Assembly (NCBI GenBank): GCA_033764955.1
Contig: JANRIL010000007.1
Location: forward strand, 1 to 28,468
Direction: 5' to 3'
DNA from: Cyanobacteriota bacterium
GTDB taxonomy: Bacteria > Cyanobacteriota > Cyanobacteriia > Thermostichales > Thermostichaceae
Length of the DNA: 28,468 nt
A program made the translations under genes and the position numbers. The notes beneath the pieces are model-generated. The model was given only the letters and a program-made list of their open reading frames with translations. It ran no database searches and was not told the origin of the DNA. The stretch's first letter is position 1. Every line of letters begins with the position of its first letter. Positions 28,432 to 28,468 of this stretch are shown here, in pieces.

Positions 28432-28468
28432 GTTGCGATCGTCCTTCGGGGCGATCGAGGATTGGAAC
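28432..28468 (+). CRISPR. First CRISPR repeat (37 nt, GTTGCGATCGTCCTTCGGGGCGATCGAGGATTGGAAC); array cut at window end
   Basis: GTT start, 9-bp stem with TTCG loop, and a 3' GAGGATTGGAAC end resembling long type I-C repeats; positioned after cas2 and the leader. Only one copy is visible. Confidence 0.8.

Overview
The window looks like two genomes joined. Positions 1-~2030 contain no GATC at all and hold the 3' end of a MoxR AAA+ ATPase, an NtrY-like sensor kinase and a promoter-preceded tRNA-Val(TAC); this part appears non-cyanobacterial, possibly FCB group. From ~2300 onward the DNA is cyanobacterial and saturated with the palindrome GGGATCCC, the HIP variant known from Thermostichus / Yellowstone-type Synechococcus. 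This part carries lysC, era, an ankyrin protein, a Crp-family regulator, a JmjC oxygenase, polA, ribE, cphA, glyS and an EamA transporter. It then has a complete type I-C CRISPR-Cas operon (cas3-cas5c-cas8c-cas7c-[DUF29, DUF29 pseudogene]-cas4-cas1-cas2), a leader, and one 37-nt repeat at which the sequence ends. Highlights: (i) two tightly packed DUF29 genes between the interference and adaptation modules, with near-identical N-termini, divergent C-termini and a single nonsense codon in the second; (ii) an unannotated in-frame cas11c start with an AGGAGG RBS inside cas8c; (iii) the compositional junction after the tRNA; (iv) a few candidate sRNA and regulatory elements.
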